Assembly: GCA_002104905.1 (NCBI GenBank)
Contig: MCFE01000011.1
Location: 197,330-261,329 of the forward strand
Source of the DNA: Basidiobolus meristosporus CBS 931.73
Lineage: Eukaryota; Fungi; Basidiobolomycota
Length of the DNA stretch: 64,000 nucleotides
Direction of reading: 5' to 3'
Part shown: positions 62,585 through 64,000 of the stretch, one piece after another
Layout: every line of letters starts with the position of its first letter
Position numbering within the stretch: position 1 is the stretch's first letter
Notes under the pieces: model-generated
What the model was told of the DNA's origin: nothing
Databases searched by the model: none
What the model saw: the letters and a program-made list of their open reading frames with translations, nothing else
Program-made: the position numbers and the translations under genes

Positions 62585-63097
62585 GGGAGGAAAGTCACCA
62601 AGTGGTGAAATCTTTATTTACTTATGACAAGTATCTAAAGAAGCCAAGTTAATCTGAAGTTATTCCTAGAAAGCTAGGTCTGAGAGATATCTTCCTGGTA
62701 AGCCAGGTCTGAGAGTTGAGAGGCTGAGTGGTACTATATTTCCTAGTTAGCTAGGTCTGAGAGAGGTTTCCTGGAAAGCCAGGCCTGAGAAGTGAGAATC
62801 TGAATATATCTGAGGTGAGTTGTACTGATTTGCGGTAGCTGAATTGTGGCCGGAATGGCCAGTAGACTGGTGGAACTGAGAGGAATATTGGGGCGATCAC
62901 TGGCCAAGTTTACTAGGCAAATCTGGCCAATTAGCATTTCAAGGATCTCAGCCAATCAGAGCCTTTACTTTGCCCGATGGTTGATCAAGCCATCTCCCAA
63001 TGAGCACACATCAATTTATTAATCAAATTTTGCTGGATCCAGGATTTGAACCCACAACCATGGGTATGGAAGGGTTAGGGATAACCACAAGGCTAAG
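62585..63097 (-). mobile_element. Candidate tRNA-derived SINE (unit B) sharing the LINE 3' tail
   Basis: Non-coding; tRNA-like head with A and B boxes at the 5' end, four hairpin repeats in the body, and a 3' tail matching units A and C. Confidence 0.8.
63031..63094 (-). pseudogene. tRNA-Gly(TCC)-like head with Pol III A and B boxes; not a functional tRNA
   Basis: Minus strand TTAGCCTTGTGGTTATCCCTAACCCTTCCATACCCATGGTTGTGGGTTCAAATCCTGGATCCAGCA. A box TAGCCTTGTGG, B box GGTTCAAATCC; canonical numbering gives loop CT-TCC-AT. The anticodon stem is unpaired and the 5' acceptor strand is missing. Confidence 0.7.
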
Positions 63098-63099
63098 TG

Positions 63100-64000
63100 T
63101 TAGGGGGAGACAGTCACCAACAGGTGAAATCTTTATTTCAGTTGAAACAAAGAAGCCAGCGCTACTGTTGTAGCTTTGATACAAGAGTGTGTAGCTGAGG
63201 GGAATTTGTAGGTAAGTTAATAAGAAGTGATGATAGTTCTTCAGTGCTCAAGACACTGTTCAGTGGGAAGGGGGGTAGCAAGAGAGGTAAGAATGACTTG
63301 TGAACAACATTAATGAGGGGAATGTGATAAGGATTGACATTCATCATAAAGGGAGTGTGCTGCTGCAGATATTGCTGCCAAAGGTCTGTCAAGTACTTCA
63401 GGTAGGCCAGCTTGGGTTTTTCTGACTGCAGAATATAGTGAGCAAACTTCTTGACTTCAGGATCTCCAAGTATAGTTCTCCAGCAGGAGCCAGGTGTTGT
63501 GTGGTGTGTTCTCTTCCAGGCCTTAAACAGTGGGTTGTTGCAGTTGTGAAGTCTGAGGTATAATCTGGTTCTAAGGTAGAGAAGTCTGATCTTATAGGGC
63601 ATAAACCCAAAAGCACCAAGAATAGCATGTCTGTAGGGGCATTCAGGCAAATGAGGCACCAAGGAGGTAATGCACCATACTGCAAACTTGTCAAGCTTAG
63701 TGCAGTCTCTAGAAGTAAGAGAGAGAAGTGGTAAGCCAAATTCCAGGACAGGGAAGACAAACTGCTTGAGTAGAAGGAGGCAGCTGGGAGCTGAAGTTGT
63801 AGGAGGAGTAACAGCAGTAGCTTGTGGAGTGCCTGTCTTGCCAGGATAATTCTCTTCTTCAGGTGTGCTCCAGAGTCTAGTCCAGTAGGAAGGAAAGGAA
63901 AGCCAAGATATGTAGCAGAAACCTGAGCAGGTAGAGTGGAGTTCTCCAAGTTGATGGGAGAGCCCAATGGTACTGTCTTTGCAATGGAAAGCTGGAGATT
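63100..64000 (-). mobile_element. LINE copy (unit A): RT C-terminal part, C-terminal domain and 3' UTR; runs off the window
   Basis: SATYLGFPF (RT YLG motif), then after a frameshift LLLKQFVFPVLEFG (typical ..FirP.LeYg), continuing into the 63162-63662 ORF. Begins with TTAGGGGG at 63100. Confidence 0.9.

Noticed and set aside
62664-62791. Possible CRISPR-like array (palindromic repeats)
   Set aside because: Eukaryotic context, spacers of only 5-25 nt and irregular, no cas genes; reported instead as RNA hairpin repeats.
62743-62955. 70-aa ORF within unit B
   Set aside because: Runs through the hairpin repeats, non-ATG start, no similarity to LINE proteins; unit B is better explained as non-coding.

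Overview
Gene-dense eukaryotic DNA with short (~65 nt) GT-AG introns. The gene content suggests an early-diverging fungus (Mucoromycota/Zoopagomycota-like; inference). Positions 1-59.5 kb hold about 25 genes: two alpha-arrestins, PTR2, a GILT-like reductase, a Git3-like GPCR, SWC4/DMAP1, a Hal/Npr-type kinase, a UPF0658-type membrane protein, RPL31, an SLC35/TPT transporter, a PA-TM-RING E3 ligase, a ZIP transporter, cytochrome b5 and several secreted or hypothetical proteins, plus a few decayed transposon remnants. The last 4.4 kb looks like a chromosome end, with TTAGGG on the + strand. It is a head-to-tail array of minus-strand non-LTR retroelements, each joint carrying 1-2.5 telomeric repeats. 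The array holds APE-endonuclease LINE fragments and a ~510 bp non-coding element with a tRNA-Gly(TCC)-like head, four internal hairpin repeats and the same 3' stem-loop tail as the LINE. That element is a candidate telomere-targeted SINE. The array is almost free of CpG. Other highlights: a four-member family of ~75-78 aa microproteins in two divergent pairs, a 1090-aa acidic protein with 12 Pex5-like WxxxF motifs and six novel repeats but no TPR domain, and an intronless secreted bacterial-type CHAP amidase. Exon boundaries and family names come from manual reading and motif recall; no database search was run.
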